Shown here: positions 19,935 through 30,086 of the stretch, piece after piece | Layout: each line of letters opens with the position of its first letter | Position numbering within the stretch: position 1 is the first letter of the stretch | DNA from: Bacteroidota bacterium | GTDB lineage: Bacteria; Bacteroidota; Bacteroidia; Bacteroidales; GCA-2748055 | Direction: 5' to 3' | Assembly: GCA_039714655.1 (NCBI GenBank) | Contig: JBDLIX010000001.1 | Span: 16,878 to 80,877, forward strand | Length of the DNA: 64,000 nt | Notes under the pieces: model-generated | What the model was told of the DNA's origin: nothing | Seen by the model: only the letters and a program-made list of their open reading frames with translations | The model's database searches: none | Program-made: the position numbers and the translations under genes

Positions 19935-21008
19935 CTATCTGGGAGCCAGCCTCATCAGAAACAGGGCAATGATCATGAAGAAGATGTTAGGCAACCATAC
20001 TGCAGCCATGACAGGCAATATTCCACCAATGGCAAACTGCTTTGAAAATTGTGTAAATAAAATATAGGTGAAACTGATCACCACACCAATGGCAATCTGT
20101 AACCCAATTCCACCTCGCATCTTCTTGGAGGATACTGCCACCCCGATTAATGTAAGTATCAAAGTAGTAAAAGGGAACGCAATTCGATTGTGTCGTTCTA
20201 TCTGGTAAGAAGTTACATTGGTCTCCCCCTGCATCAGTTGTTTCTTAATAAACTCATCAAGTTCTTTCAGACTCATGGTTTCCACAATGGTCAATCGCAT
20301 CCTGAAATCATCTGGATGAATGCTCAGGGTTGTATCAATTAATTTTCCCTCCTCCAATGTCTCATTTAAGCCGTCGATGGTACGGATATAGTATCTCCTG
20401 GCCTGCCACTTATTGATGGTTGTATCCCATCTGATCTGGTCGGCAAACATTTTCGATACCAATTCCCCATCTTCGAACTTTTCAATGGTAAATTGATAAC
20501 CCACTTTGGAAACATTGCTATAACTTTGCAGATAAATATAAACACCCGGCTCAATCTGACGGTGAAAGTCCTTTGTTTTAAATCGTACCGGCCTCTTCTT
20601 GACATATTGTTCTTCAAAATCGAGCTTGATCTTATTGGCACCGGGGATCACCTGGTCGCTTAAATAAAAGGCCAGTAGAGCAATGAAAGCGGCTGAGATC
20701 ATGTAAGGGAGCAGCAATCGACGAAAACTCATGCCACTGTTTAGTATGGCTATGATCTCCGTATTGTACGCCAACCTGGAGGTAAAATAGATCACAGCAA
20801 TGAATGCAAACAGGGAACTGAAAAGCACAGCAAAATAGGGGACGAAATTGAGGTAGTAATCGAACAGTATCGCCTTGAGGGGTGCCTCACTTTCAATAAA
20901 ATCGTCGATCTTCTCGGAAAGGTCAAAGATCACTACGATTGAAAGGATCAGAATAATTGACAGGAAGAAGGATCCAAGGAATTTTTGGATCACATACATG
21001 TCAAACAT
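19935..21008 (-). CDS. LptF/LptG-family LPS export permease
   Basis: YjgP/YjgQ-like layout: TM bundle, periplasmic beta-jellyroll, then TM segments. I chose the ATG at 21008 (MFDMYVIQKF...) because the longer ORF start at 21068 would overlap tgt by 43 nt. Confidence 0.8.
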   Translation of the reverse strand: MFDMYVIQKFLGSFFLSIILILSIVVIFDLSEKIDDFIESEAPLKAILFDYYLNFVPYFAVLFSSLFAFIAVIYFTSRLAYNTEIIAILNSGMSFRRLLLPYMISAAFIALLAFYLSDQVIPGANKIKLDFEEQYVKKRPVRFKTKDFHRQIEPGVYIYLQSYSNVSKVGYQFTIEKFEDGELVSKMFADQIRWDTTINKWQARRYYIRTIDGLNETLEEGKLIDTTLSIHPDDFRMRLTIVETMSLKELDEFIKKQLMQGETNVTSYQIERHNRIAFPFTTLILTLIGVAVSSKKMRGGIGLQIAIGVVISFTYILFTQFSKQFAIGGILPVMAAVWLPNIFFMIIALFLMRLAPR

Positions 21009-21025
21009 TTTCAGGCCGAGAAACC

Positions 21026-22156
21026 TTACAATCTTGTACTTAAAGCCGGTATCATTTTTTCCTTCCATGCAGTGAATGTTCCGCTTCTGATTTCTTCAAA
21101 TGCTTTCCGAACTAACCAGAGGTAGAAAGCAAGGTTATGCAGACTGGCAATCTGTGCTCCAAGCATCTCCCCGGATATGATTAAATGACGCAAATAGGCC
21201 TTGGAATATTGCATATCCACATAACTGTGTCCATCAGTATCAATGGGTGAAAAATCATCCATCCATTTCCTGTTTTTAATGTTGATAATCCCGTGTCTGG
21301 TGAAAAGCATGCCGTTGCGTCCATTCCTGGTGGGCATTACACAATCGAACATGTCTACCCCAAGAGAGATGGCCACCAGAATATTTACAGGGGTCCCAAC
21401 CCCCATCAGATACCGTGGTTTATCTTCAGGTAAAATACTATTTACTACTTCCAGCATTGCATACATCTCGTCGGCTGGTTCTCCAACAGAGAGGCCTCCA
21501 ATGGCATTTCCCACAGCTCCCTTTTCCGCCACAAATTCTGCCGACTCTTTTCGCAAATCTTTAAATACACTCCCCTGGACGATGGGGAAGAATGCCTGGT
21601 TATGGTCATAAAGAGGCTCAGTGGTCGCAAACTGTTCCAGGCCCCGGTCCAGCCAGCTGTGTGTTAGATCCAATGAGCTCTTGGCATATTTTAAATCACA
21701 AGGCCAGGGAGTGCACTCATCGAATGCCATGATGATATCGGCGCCGATAATTCGTTGGATATCCACAATATTCTCTGGTGTAAAGAGATGCTTTGAGCCA
21801 TCTATATGAGATCTGAACCAGGCGCCTTCCGGCTTTAATTCTCGATTGGCAGCCAGTGAAAATACCTGGTAACCCCCACTATCGGTCAGGATAGAACGAT
21901 CCCAATTCATGAACCGGTGCAATCCGCCGGCACCTCTGATGGTATCCAGACCCGGCCTCAGGTAAAGATGGTAAGTATTACCGAGAATGATAGGTGCGTT
22001 TATATCGTTCAGCAACTCCTGCTGATGAATCCCTTTTACACTACCTGCAGTCCCAACCGGCATAAATACCGGAGTTTGGATTTCAGAGTGATCTGTTTTT
22101 ATTATGCCTGCCCTTGCGTGGCTGGCACTGTCCTGGTGTAATAATTCAAATTCCAT
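21026..22156 (-). CDS. tgt: tRNA-guanine transglycosylase (queuine tRNA-ribosyltransferase)
   Basis: 376 aa with 'LTDSGGYQVFS' and 'YLMGVGTP', plus zinc-site Cys/His near 'CxCxxC'-like 'DCVMPTRNGRNG'. Confidence 0.93.
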   Translation of the reverse strand: MEFELLHQDSASHARAGIIKTDHSEIQTPVFMPVGTAGSVKGIHQQELLNDINAPIILGNTYHLYLRPGLDTIRGAGGLHRFMNWDRSILTDSGGYQVFSLAANRELKPEGAWFRSHIDGSKHLFTPENIVDIQRIIGADIIMAFDECTPWPCDLKYAKSSLDLTHSWLDRGLEQFATTEPLYDHNQAFFPIVQGSVFKDLRKESAEFVAEKGAVGNAIGGLSVGEPADEMYAMLEVVNSILPEDKPRYLMGVGTPVNILVAISLGVDMFDCVMPTRNGRNGMLFTRHGIINIKNRKWMDDFSPIDTDGHSYVDMQYSKAYLRHLIISGEMLGAQIASLHNLAFYLWLVRKAFEEIRSGTFTAWKEKMIPALSTRL

Positions 22157-22232
22157 GGAAAAGCTTGAAATCAGCCAAAGATAAGCAATTGTTGAAAACC
22201 TGCTTTTTCTTTTCTGCTATTGGCAGCTAAAT

Positions 22233-23384
22233 TTGCACATCATGAAACTTGGGGAATTGATCGCCACTACGGTGGCATATGAGTGGATCCTGCTATCACT
22301 ATTTTTTTCAGCTTTACTGATTCAGCTGGGATATTATCTCCTTGTATTCCTTAAACTACCACGCTACAAACCCTCAAAGAAAAAAAAATCAAAAAAAGGC
22401 ATTTCGATCATCATTTGTGCCAAGAATGAAGAGGAGAACCTGGAACATTTCCTCCCCAGGGTCCTGGAACAGGAGTATCCCGAATTTGAGGTAGTGGTAG
22501 TCAATGACTGCTCCACCGATGGAACAGAACAGCTGCTATCTGAATTCTCGGTCCGTTACAAACATCTTCGGTACACTTCCATCCCGGCAAACGAGAAATT
22601 CCTGCATGGAAAAAAACTGGCAGTCACCATCGGACTAAAATCGGCCCGGTTCGATCATGTGCTCCTGACAGATGCAGATTGTTACCCGGTCAGCAATCTT
22701 TGGCTACAGAATATGGCATCCAACCTCACCAGCGAAAAAAAGATTATCCTGGGATATGGCGGATATGAACGGAGAAAAGGATTGTTAAACCTCATCATCC
22801 GATATGAAACCGTGTTCACCGCCATCCAGTACCTTTCATATGCCATCAAAGGCACTCCTTACATGGGTGTTGGCAGGAACCTTGCCTATGAAAAAGAACT
22901 CTTCTTTAACAACAAAGGATTTGCGAGTCATTACCACCTCTCTTCAGGAGATGATGACCTGTTTGTTAATGAAACTGCTGTAAAGGAAAATACAGCTGTT
23001 GAGATCAGCAAAGAGAGTCATACGCTCTCTATTCCAAAGAGTACATTCAGAAGTTGGGTAAAGCAAAAGAAAAGACACCTCTCTGTGGGAACCCTTTATA
23101 AAAGAGGATCCCGGATCCGGCTTGCAGGTGAATTGATCAGCCGGATGCTGCTCTATTTAGCCCTGTTTTTGCTCTGTTTTCTGTCGCCCTGGAAGTGGAT
23201 TGTACTGGCCTTGTTCGTGATATTCCTGATTGTCAGGATGGTCATTTTTAATTTGGGAATGCGCCGTTTGGACGAGAAATATTTATTGTTACCTTCGCTG
23301 CTGCTTGACCCGGTCTTGCCACTGGTACTTGGGATCATCTGGTTGAGCAGTAAATTCGAAACAAAGCATCATTCATGGAGTTGA
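22233..23384 (+). CDS. Membrane-anchored family-2 glycosyltransferase
   Basis: 383 aa with an N-terminal TM segment, 'ISIIICAKNEEENL...VVVVNDCSTDGT...LTDADC', and C-terminal TM helices. Confidence 0.8.
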   Translation: MHIMKLGELIATTVAYEWILLSLFFSALLIQLGYYLLVFLKLPRYKPSKKKKSKKGISIIICAKNEEENLEHFLPRVLEQEYPEFEVVVVNDCSTDGTEQLLSEFSVRYKHLRYTSIPANEKFLHGKKLAVTIGLKSARFDHVLLTDADCYPVSNLWLQNMASNLTSEKKIILGYGGYERRKGLLNLIIRYETVFTAIQYLSYAIKGTPYMGVGRNLAYEKELFFNNKGFASHYHLSSGDDDLFVNETAVKENTAVEISKESHTLSIPKSTFRSWVKQKKRHLSVGTLYKRGSRIRLAGELISRMLLYLALFLLCFLSPWKWIVLALFVIFLIVRMVIFNLGMRRLDEKYLLLPSLLLDPVLPLVLGIIWLSSKFETKHHSWS

Positions 23385-23980
23385 ATTCCAATCTTTCACT
23401 GAAGGCCCAACAAGACATGGAACTGGTGGAAAAAGCCAGGAAAGGTGATCAGTTGGCTTATGGTGAGCTGTTAGGCCGATACCGTGATGCCATTTACTTC
23501 ATGTTGCTCAAAATGGTGAACAGTTCCGTAGATGCAGAGGACCTTACCATCGAAGCTTTTGGGAAGGCTTTTAAGAATATAGATCAGTATACTCCTAATT
23601 TCGCTTTCTCTACCTGGCTCTTTAAGATCGCAACCAACAATTGCATCGACTTTATCAGAAAAAAGCGGGCCAGTCACGTTTCACTAGACCAAACCGTGGA
23701 CGGAGAGGACTCCCTTTCCCCCTCCTCATTGATCCAATCCGATTCTCCCGATCCGGAATTGACAATGATCAATAAACAGAAAATAAAGCACATGCGAAAG
23801 GTGGTTTCCCGTCTGAAACCAAGATACAGAACGCTTGTGGAGCTAAGGTATTTCAAAGAATACTCCTATGATGAGATTGCTGAAGAACTGGATATACCCA
23901 TCGGTACTGTTAAGGCACAACTATTCAGGGCCCGGGAATTACTGCTAAATATCCTAAACCGTTCCCAGGAGAAGCCCTAG
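23375..23980 (+). CDS. ECF-type RNA polymerase sigma-70 family factor
   Basis: 201 aa with a region 2 ('FSTWLFKIATNNCIDFIRKK') and a region 4 HTH ('SYDEIAEELDIPIGTVKAQLFRAR'). No adjacent anti-sigma gene. Confidence 0.85.
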   Translation: MELNSNLSLKAQQDMELVEKARKGDQLAYGELLGRYRDAIYFMLLKMVNSSVDAEDLTIEAFGKAFKNIDQYTPNFAFSTWLFKIATNNCIDFIRKKRASHVSLDQTVDGEDSLSPSSLIQSDSPDPELTMINKQKIKHMRKVVSRLKPRYRTLVELRYFKEYSYDEIAEELDIPIGTVKAQLFRARELLLNILNRSQEKP

Positions 23981-23983
23981 TGC

Positions 23984-24604
23984 ATGCATTTGATCCGTAA
24001 ATACTTTCCTGATCTTGACCAGGAACAGTTCAGGCGGTTTGAGAAACTTCTTAAAATCATTCCGCCACTAAATGAAAAGGTAAATATCATTTCCAGAAAA
24101 GATGTGATCTCCCTTGAAGAACGGCACATCCTGCACTCTCTTGCAATTGCAAAGAAATTCAGTTTCGGACAGAATAGTTCAGTCATTGATGTGGGGACAG
24201 GGGGTGGTTTTCCCGGAATCCCTCTGGCCATTCTGTTCCCGGAAACCCGGTTTACATTGGTGGATTCCATCGGGAAAAAAATTCGACTGGTTCAGGAAAT
24301 TTCAGAAATCCTGAAGTTGCAGAATGTGAGGGCCATTCAAGAGAGAATGGAAAACCTGAAAATAACTGCCGATTTTGTGGTTTCAAGGGCAGTGACCGCT
24401 TTCCCTCAGTTGTACCGATGGTCAGACAAACTCATCAAACCGGGCCTGCATAAATCCATGCCCAATGGTTTGATTTCCTTGAAGGGAGGAGACCTGGAGA
24501 AAGAACTTGAACCATTCAAAAATCGGATTGAACTCTTCCCCATCTCCACCTGGTTTGAAGAGCCATTTTTTTGCTCAAAAATGATTGTTTATCTAAAAAA
24601 ATAA
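23984..24604 (+). CDS. rsmG: 16S rRNA (guanine527-N7)-methyltransferase
   Basis: 206 aa with the SAM motif '[17 protein letters not shown]'. Confidence 0.9.
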   Translation: MHLIRKYFPDLDQEQFRRFEKLLKIIPPLNEKVNIISRKDVISLEERHILHSLAIAKKFSFGQNSSVIDVGTGGGFPGIPLAILFPETRFTLVDSIGKKIRLVQEISEILKLQNVRAIQERMENLKITADFVVSRAVTAFPQLYRWSDKLIKPGLHKSMPNGLISLKGGDLEKELEPFKNRIELFPISTWFEEPFFCSKMIVYLKK

Positions 24605-24635
24605 CTACTTTTGCACGCTCAAAACACTTATTGTC

Positions 24636-24794
24636 ATGAAGCGAACATTTCAGCCATCCAACAGGAAAAGAAAGAACAAGCACGGTTTTAGGGAACGGAT
24701 GTCTTCAGCAAGCGGACGTGGTATTATTGCCGGAAGAAGAAAAAAAGGCCGGAAGAAACTGTCTGTCTCAGATGAGCCAAGGCATAAGGCCTAA
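24636..24794 (+). CDS. rpmH: 50S ribosomal protein L34
   Basis: I translated this by hand because it is below the ORF-track size cutoff: [52 protein letters not shown]. It carries the canonical L34 '[10 protein letters not shown]....GFR.RM' N-terminus. Confidence 0.9.
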   Translation: MKRTFQPSNRKRKNKHGFRERMSSASGRGIIAGRRKKGRKKLSVSDEPRHKA

Positions 24795-24822
24795 CGATAA
24801 ACATTTAATAATTATCCTGAAT

Positions 24823-24853
24823 AACTGACCGGACTCCGGTTGGTTATTTTTTT
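24823..24853 (+). terminator. Intrinsic terminator after rpmH
   Basis: Stem 'aactgaccgg/ccggttggtt' (two G-U pairs) with a 3-nt loop, followed by 'aTTTTTTT'. Confidence 0.7.
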
Positions 24854-24907
24854 GCCCTGAATATTGCTGATTATTTGTATTTTCATACGGATTTCATTCC
24901 AGATGCA

Positions 24908-27733
24908 ATGGCGAAAAACGTTTCCACTAAGAAGAAAAAGCAGAAAGAGCAGCAAGCACCGAAACGCAGGCATAACCTTCAATTCCTATTTCCCGGGTCC
25001 GGCGATCAACAGGTATCCCCTGATTATCTTTCGGAATTTGCTGGCAAAATAAAAACGGAGCATTCATCACATTCAGCGATCTATTGCCTTTGCCCGGAAC
25101 CCCAACCTCCTTTGGTGGAGCATAGTTTGGTCCAAAACCTGGCTGCAGATCAAAGGGAGAGAAGCAAGATCCAGGATTCCTTTAAAGAGGGTTATGCGGT
25201 TATCTTTGAAACCCACTCACGGGATATGCAGATCAATCCCAATGAGTTTTTCAGCTTGAAGATTCCCGAAGACTCCCGGCACACTATCTTCTACGACATC
25301 TCATTTCAGGGGAAAAACAGCAAAGACCTGGGAGGTGTGATCATCCCTGCAGAAGCCATGCAATATGTGATTGCCATCACCGATAGCAAAAAATTCCCTG
25401 AGCCGGGTCTCATAAGAATACTCCTTCAAAAAAATGGTTTTGAGAGAAAAGAGGTGGTGATACATCAGGATGTTCCTTCGGGCCTAGTTCCTTCAGAGGG
25501 TACCATGGTATGGGATAAAATAAAACTAAGCCTCACCTGGACTTCCATACTACCCGTGAAAGAATCCCGGGAATCTTTCCTGAGGGACCTGTTTTTTTCA
25601 AAGGAACACCCCCTCTTCAGACTGGCTTTCTTTATCACAGCACTGGCCATCTTTATCATTCTTCCCATATTAAGTCTTGATGCCGGTCTCTCTGGTGACG
25701 ATGAGAAGCACTATCAACATGCGGTCAAAGTATACCAATATTTTTCTGAAGACAATCCATCGGCCCTGGACGATCCCAAGCATAAATTGAATTTCTACGG
25801 TCAGTCCTTTGACTTTTTCACCTACCTGCTTATTAGACTCTTCAACCTGGAGGAGAATCCCTATGAGGCCAGGCATGTGATGATAGCCATTTCAGGTGCG
25901 GCTACCATCCTGGTAACTGGACTTCTTGTAAAACTTTTTGCAGGGTATTCAGGGGGTTGGCTGGCCCTCATCCTTATGTTTCTTTCACCCAGATTCCTGG
26001 GTCATGCTTTCAACAATCCCATGGATGTTCCCTTTGCACTGGGCAACATCTTCACACTTTACCATATTATATTATTCCTGAAGAAACTGCCTCGGATTAG
26101 TGCCCGTTCTGCCCTATGGATTGCAGTGGGAATCGGGTGGAGCAATGGGATCAGGATTGGAGGACTCCTCCTCATACCATACCTTTTTATGTTTGCGGGC
26201 ATTTACCTGCTCGTTCATCGATGGCCATGGAAGATTCTTTCACTCCAATGGTGGCGATTTGCCATGAGGGGTCTGTTAACCCTTGTTTTGATCTCGGGTG
26301 CCGGTTACCTCATGAGCCTGCTTACCTGGCCCTATGCCCTTCAGGATATTATCAACCATCCCATTCAGGCATTCAAAGTAATGACAAATATCCAGGTCTC
26401 CATCAGGGTATTGTACAATGGTTTGATCCATTGGTCCGACCACCTGCCCTGGCACTATATTCCATTAAATGTCCTGATCACTGTACCTGTTATTATCCTC
26501 CTGGGATGGCTCGCTTCTGCTTTTACTTGGTACATCGACCGAAAAGAGAAACAGGGATACGGATATTTCCTTTTATGGTTCACAATCCTGTTCCCGTTAG
26601 CTTTTATCATTTACCGTGAGTCCAATGTGTATGGAGGATGGAGACATATGATGTTTATATATCCCTCCATGATCGCATTGGCAGCCATTGCCATTTCCCG
26701 GTTGATCCGGAAGGTGAGTCGGGGATGGGTGAAATACGGTTTAGTTGCCATGATAACCGCAGGCCTCCTCCACCCCCTCCTTCATATCATCCGTAATCAC
26801 CCCAACACCTATATCTATTTCAATGAATGGTCGGGAGGTATCAACAAGACATATGGCACTTTTGAGACAGATTATTATGCCAATAGTCTGAAGCCTGCAA
26901 CGAAATATTTCCTGGAGGAAATTCTTCCCGAAATCGAATCGTCTCATGATCAACCGGTACTTGTTGCCAGCAATTCTAACCTGACCTACTATTTCAGAAA
27001 TCACAGGGATCAGGTGAAACCCTACTACAGCCGTTACTACAACCTTGGAAAATATGATTGGGATTACGCCATCCTCTACTGCAATTACATTCATCCATAC
27101 CAGTTGAATAACGGTTTATGGCCACCCAAGAACACCATCCATGAGATCAAAGTGGATGATGTGGTGGTAGCTGCCATTGTGGAAAGAAAAAACAGAGATG
27201 ACCGTAAAGGGTCAATCCTGCTGGCCCGAGGAATCAGGGAGCAGGATCCGGAGAAACTTAAGGCAGCAGTGGAGTTGTTGGAGAGGGCTGTGGCATATGA
27301 TGAACACAATGTAGCTGTTTACCTTGAACTTGGAAATGCATACTCAACCTTGTTGCGACTTGAAAAGGCAAGGGCTACCATGGACCGGCTATTAGAATTT
27401 TACCCGGAGTATGACAAAGCTTTAAACCTGAAAGGGTACTCCTACCTGATTGAATCGGAGGTCAAACAGGATGTGGCGCTTTTAGACAACGCCATCCAAA
27501 TCATTAATATGGCCATTAAATCCAACTACAAGTTTTACTCGGGTTACTTCAACCTGGGATTATGCTATGCAATAAAGGACGATAAGGACAACGCTATTTA
27601 CAACTTCAAGCAAGCCATCCGCTACAATGGTAAATTCAAAGCTGCCTATGAAAAACTCGCCGAAGTGTACGAGTTTTATGGAGATAGTGATATGGCCAAC
27701 AGCGTAAGGGCACAATTAAACAGGCTCCGGTGA
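24908..27733 (+). CDS. Large integral-membrane GT-C-like (ArnT/PMT-type) glycosyltransferase with C-terminal TPR repeats and an uncharacterised N-terminal domain
   Basis: The first ATG is at 24908; the ORF-track start at 24875 is TTG. The layout is about 240 aa soluble N-terminus, then about 12 hydrophobic segments with an acidic first loop 'LSGDDEKHY', then TPR-like repeats at the C-terminus (YLELGNAY, NLKGYSY, FNLGLCYA, AYEKLAEVY). Confidence 0.5.
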   Translation: MAKNVSTKKKKQKEQQAPKRRHNLQFLFPGSGDQQVSPDYLSEFAGKIKTEHSSHSAIYCLCPEPQPPLVEHSLVQNLAADQRERSKIQDSFKEGYAVIFETHSRDMQINPNEFFSLKIPEDSRHTIFYDISFQGKNSKDLGGVIIPAEAMQYVIAITDSKKFPEPGLIRILLQKNGFERKEVVIHQDVPSGLVPSEGTMVWDKIKLSLTWTSILPVKESRESFLRDLFFSKEHPLFRLAFFITALAIFIILPILSLDAGLSGDDEKHYQHAVKVYQYFSEDNPSALDDPKHKLNFYGQSFDFFTYLLIRLFNLEENPYEARHVMIAISGAATILVTGLLVKLFAGYSGGWLALILMFLSPRFLGHAFNNPMDVPFALGNIFTLYHIILFLKKLPRISARSALWIAVGIGWSNGIRIGGLLLIPYLFMFAGIYLLVHRWPWKILSLQWWRFAMRGLLTLVLISGAGYLMSLLTWPYALQDIINHPIQAFKVMTNIQVSIRVLYNGLIHWSDHLPWHYIPLNVLITVPVIILLGWLASAFTWYIDRKEKQGYGYFLLWFTILFPLAFIIYRESNVYGGWRHMMFIYPSMIALAAIAISRLIRKVSRGWVKYGLVAMITAGLLHPLLHIIRNHPNTYIYFNEWSGGINKTYGTFETDYYANSLKPATKYFLEEILPEIESSHDQPVLVASNSNLTYYFRNHRDQVKPYYSRYYNLGKYDWDYAILYCNYIHPYQLNNGLWPPKNTIHEIKVDDVVVAAIVERKNRDDRKGSILLARGIREQDPEKLKAAVELLERAVAYDEHNVAVYLELGNAYSTLLRLEKARATMDRLLEFYPEYDKALNLKGYSYLIESEVKQDVALLDNAIQIINMAIKSNYKFYSGYFNLGLCYAIKDDKDNAIYNFKQAIRYNGKFKAAYEKLAEVYEFYGDSDMANSVRAQLNRLR

Positions 27734-27775
27734 CGTTTTTTTTCTAATTTTGGTCTCTTCAAGATAATTTAAAGG

Positions 27776-29218
27776 ATGAAGATAGCGGTGATTGGAGCCG
27801 GACCGGCGGGTATGACGGCGGCATATGAGATTTCCAAACAATTGGGCAAAAAGATTTCTGCCCTTGATCTGTTTGAAAAAAGTGACCGGGTAGGTGGATT
27901 GTCCAGGTCCATTGAACTTTGGGATCAACGAGTAGATCTTGGACCTCACCGTTTTTTTAGTCACGACACGAGAATCAATACCTTCTGGCTTGAAGTAGTC
28001 CAGGATCGATACGACATCGTAGACCGCCAAACAAGGATCTATTACAAAAAGCGCTTTTTCGATTACCCCATCCGCGCCTTCAATGCCCTGAATGGTCTGG
28101 GAATTTTTGAGGCAGGCCGTTGTTTTCTTAGTTACCTTTCAGAACGCATGTTTCCCACAAAGGAGAGGTCCACTTTCGAAGGGTGGGTCACCAGCAGATT
28201 TGGCAAAAGGTTGTATACCATCTTTTTCAAAACCTATTCGGAAAAGTTGTGGGGTATCAAGTGTACCGAGCTTGACTCAGACTTTGCTGCCCAACGAATC
28301 AAAAAGTTATCTTTTTTTGAAGCCGTCAAGAATGCGATCTTTCAGGGAAAAGGAAACAAACACGCCACATTGGTAGATCAGTTTGCTTATCCCATTGGTG
28401 GAACAGGGAGTGTTTATGAATCCATGCAGGAACAGATCGAGATCAGGGGTGGAGAGGTTCATCTGAATACCGAAGTTGAGAAAGTGATCACTTCCGGGGG
28501 CGTAACTCATTCGCTGCAACTGGAAAACGGTGAAATCAGAGAGTATGATCATATCATCTCCACCATGCCCATATCACTTCTGGTAGAAAGATTACCAGAA
28601 GTTCCGGCACCGGTGCTGGAGCAGTCAAAGAAACTGATCTTCAGAAACACAATCCTGGTTTATCTCAGAGTGGATCGGAACAACCTGTTTTCAGACCAAT
28701 GGTTGTACATCCATGATCCATCTGTGGAGGTGGGTCGGGTAACCAATTTCAGAAACTGGCTCCCATCTGTTTACGGGCAATCGGAATCCTCTATCCTTTG
28801 CCTTGAATATTGGTGTTATTTTGATGATGATCTGTGGAATCAGGACCCGGAGGAACTTATTACAAAAGCAGGGAAAGAGATTGTGATGACAGGTCTCGTA
28901 AATGAAGAAGATGTGAAAGAGGGACATGTGGTAAAACTTCCCCGATGCTATCCCGTATACTTCAGTGGTTACAGAGATGTTATGCAACCTGTGGAGGATT
29001 ATCTGACAACAGTGGGAGGATTGCATGCCATTGGCAGGTATGGGGCATATAAATACAACAATCAGGATCACAGCATTTTAATGGGAATACTTGTTTCGGA
29101 GAACATCCTGGATAAAACAGGTCATGATCTCTGGGCCATCAATACAGATTACGAGGTATACCAGGAATCGTCTGTCATCACAAAAACTGGTCTTGTTACC
29201 AAAGGTTCACAGAAATAA
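27776..29218 (+). CDS. FAD/NAD(P)-dependent oxidoreductase (amine-oxidase / protoporphyrinogen-oxidase-like fold)
   Basis: 480 aa with the N-terminal dinucleotide-binding motif 'KIAVIGAGPAGMTAAYE...LFEKSDRVGG'. Confidence 0.8.
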   Translation: MKIAVIGAGPAGMTAAYEISKQLGKKISALDLFEKSDRVGGLSRSIELWDQRVDLGPHRFFSHDTRINTFWLEVVQDRYDIVDRQTRIYYKKRFFDYPIRAFNALNGLGIFEAGRCFLSYLSERMFPTKERSTFEGWVTSRFGKRLYTIFFKTYSEKLWGIKCTELDSDFAAQRIKKLSFFEAVKNAIFQGKGNKHATLVDQFAYPIGGTGSVYESMQEQIEIRGGEVHLNTEVEKVITSGGVTHSLQLENGEIREYDHIISTMPISLLVERLPEVPAPVLEQSKKLIFRNTILVYLRVDRNNLFSDQWLYIHDPSVEVGRVTNFRNWLPSVYGQSESSILCLEYWCYFDDDLWNQDPEELITKAGKEIVMTGLVNEEDVKEGHVVKLPRCYPVYFSGYRDVMQPVEDYLTTVGGLHAIGRYGAYKYNNQDHSILMGILVSENILDKTGHDLWAINTDYEVYQESSVITKTGLVTKGSQK

Positions 29219-29252
29219 TTGAATAAACCTTAACTTTACACAAAGCATCGAA

Positions 29253-30086
29253 ATGGATTTTTTTAGGTTTCTGATCACAAAGAAATTTTTTCATCACCTG
29301 GGCCTGGCTGTTGCCCTGGGGATTATCTTACTGCTTGGCACACTTGCATGGCTCAAAATATACACCCATCATGGACAGTCTATTACTGTACCGAATCTGG
29401 CCGGATTGACGGTAGAGGAGGTTGATGATGTCACATCATCGCGGCACCTTCGGTTCGAGGTTGTAGATTCGGTATTCTCAAATGAAATGCCACGGGGTAC
29501 TGTGTTAAAGCAGAATCCAAAAGCAAGCTCCCGTGTGAAGAAAAACCGGAAGATCTTCCTCACCATGAATGCAATAAATCTGGAAATGGTCTCCATGCCC
29601 AGAATGGTTGGGTTGTCCATTCGTCAGGCGAGACTTGCACTACAAAATGCAGGATTAATCCTGGGGGAGATAGAATACAGGCCCAACTTTGCCATCAATA
29701 ACGTACTACAACAATTGCACAATGACTCCGTTATTAATGAAGGAACCGAGATTACCAAAGGGGCTGTCATCGACCTGGTGCTTGGGATGGGATTAAGCAA
29801 GGAGAAAACAAGGGTCCCCAAGCTTGTTGGCGTGTTGCTGGATGAAGCCATAGAGATAATTGCAGATTACTATTTGAATATCGGGGCCATTACGTATGAT
29901 GAAAGCATGGCTAATGCAGAAGACAGTGCACATGCGTTCATTTGGCAGCAGTATCCCGAATTCGATGAATTCAAAAGGATGAATATGGGAATGGAAGTGG
30001 ATATTTGGCTTACAGTGGATTCAACCCTTTTACCGCTGCCCGATGCGACCCTCTTTGGTGAAGACACAGAAACCGTGCATGAATAG
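29253..30086 (+). CDS. PASTA-domain protein (N-terminal TM anchor)
   Basis: 277 aa with one TM segment, then three repeats of about 65 aa with a 'VPNLAGLTVEE / MPRMVGLSIRQA / VPKLVGVLLDEA' PASTA-like pattern. Confidence 0.7.
   Translation: MDFFRFLITKKFFHHLGLAVALGIILLLGTLAWLKIYTHHGQSITVPNLAGLTVEEVDDVTSSRHLRFEVVDSVFSNEMPRGTVLKQNPKASSRVKKNRKIFLTMNAINLEMVSMPRMVGLSIRQARLALQNAGLILGEIEYRPNFAINNVLQQLHNDSVINEGTEITKGAVIDLVLGMGLSKEKTRVPKLVGVLLDEAIEIIADYYLNIGAITYDESMANAEDSAHAFIWQQYPEFDEFKRMNMGMEVDIWLTVDSTLLPLPDATLFGEDTETVHE

Noticed and set aside
26116-26619. 167-aa alternative-frame ORF inside the GT-C-like gene
   Set aside because: It is on the same strand but out of frame with a continuous 940-aa membrane-protein ORF. 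Its Pro/His/Cys-rich composition is not protein-like.
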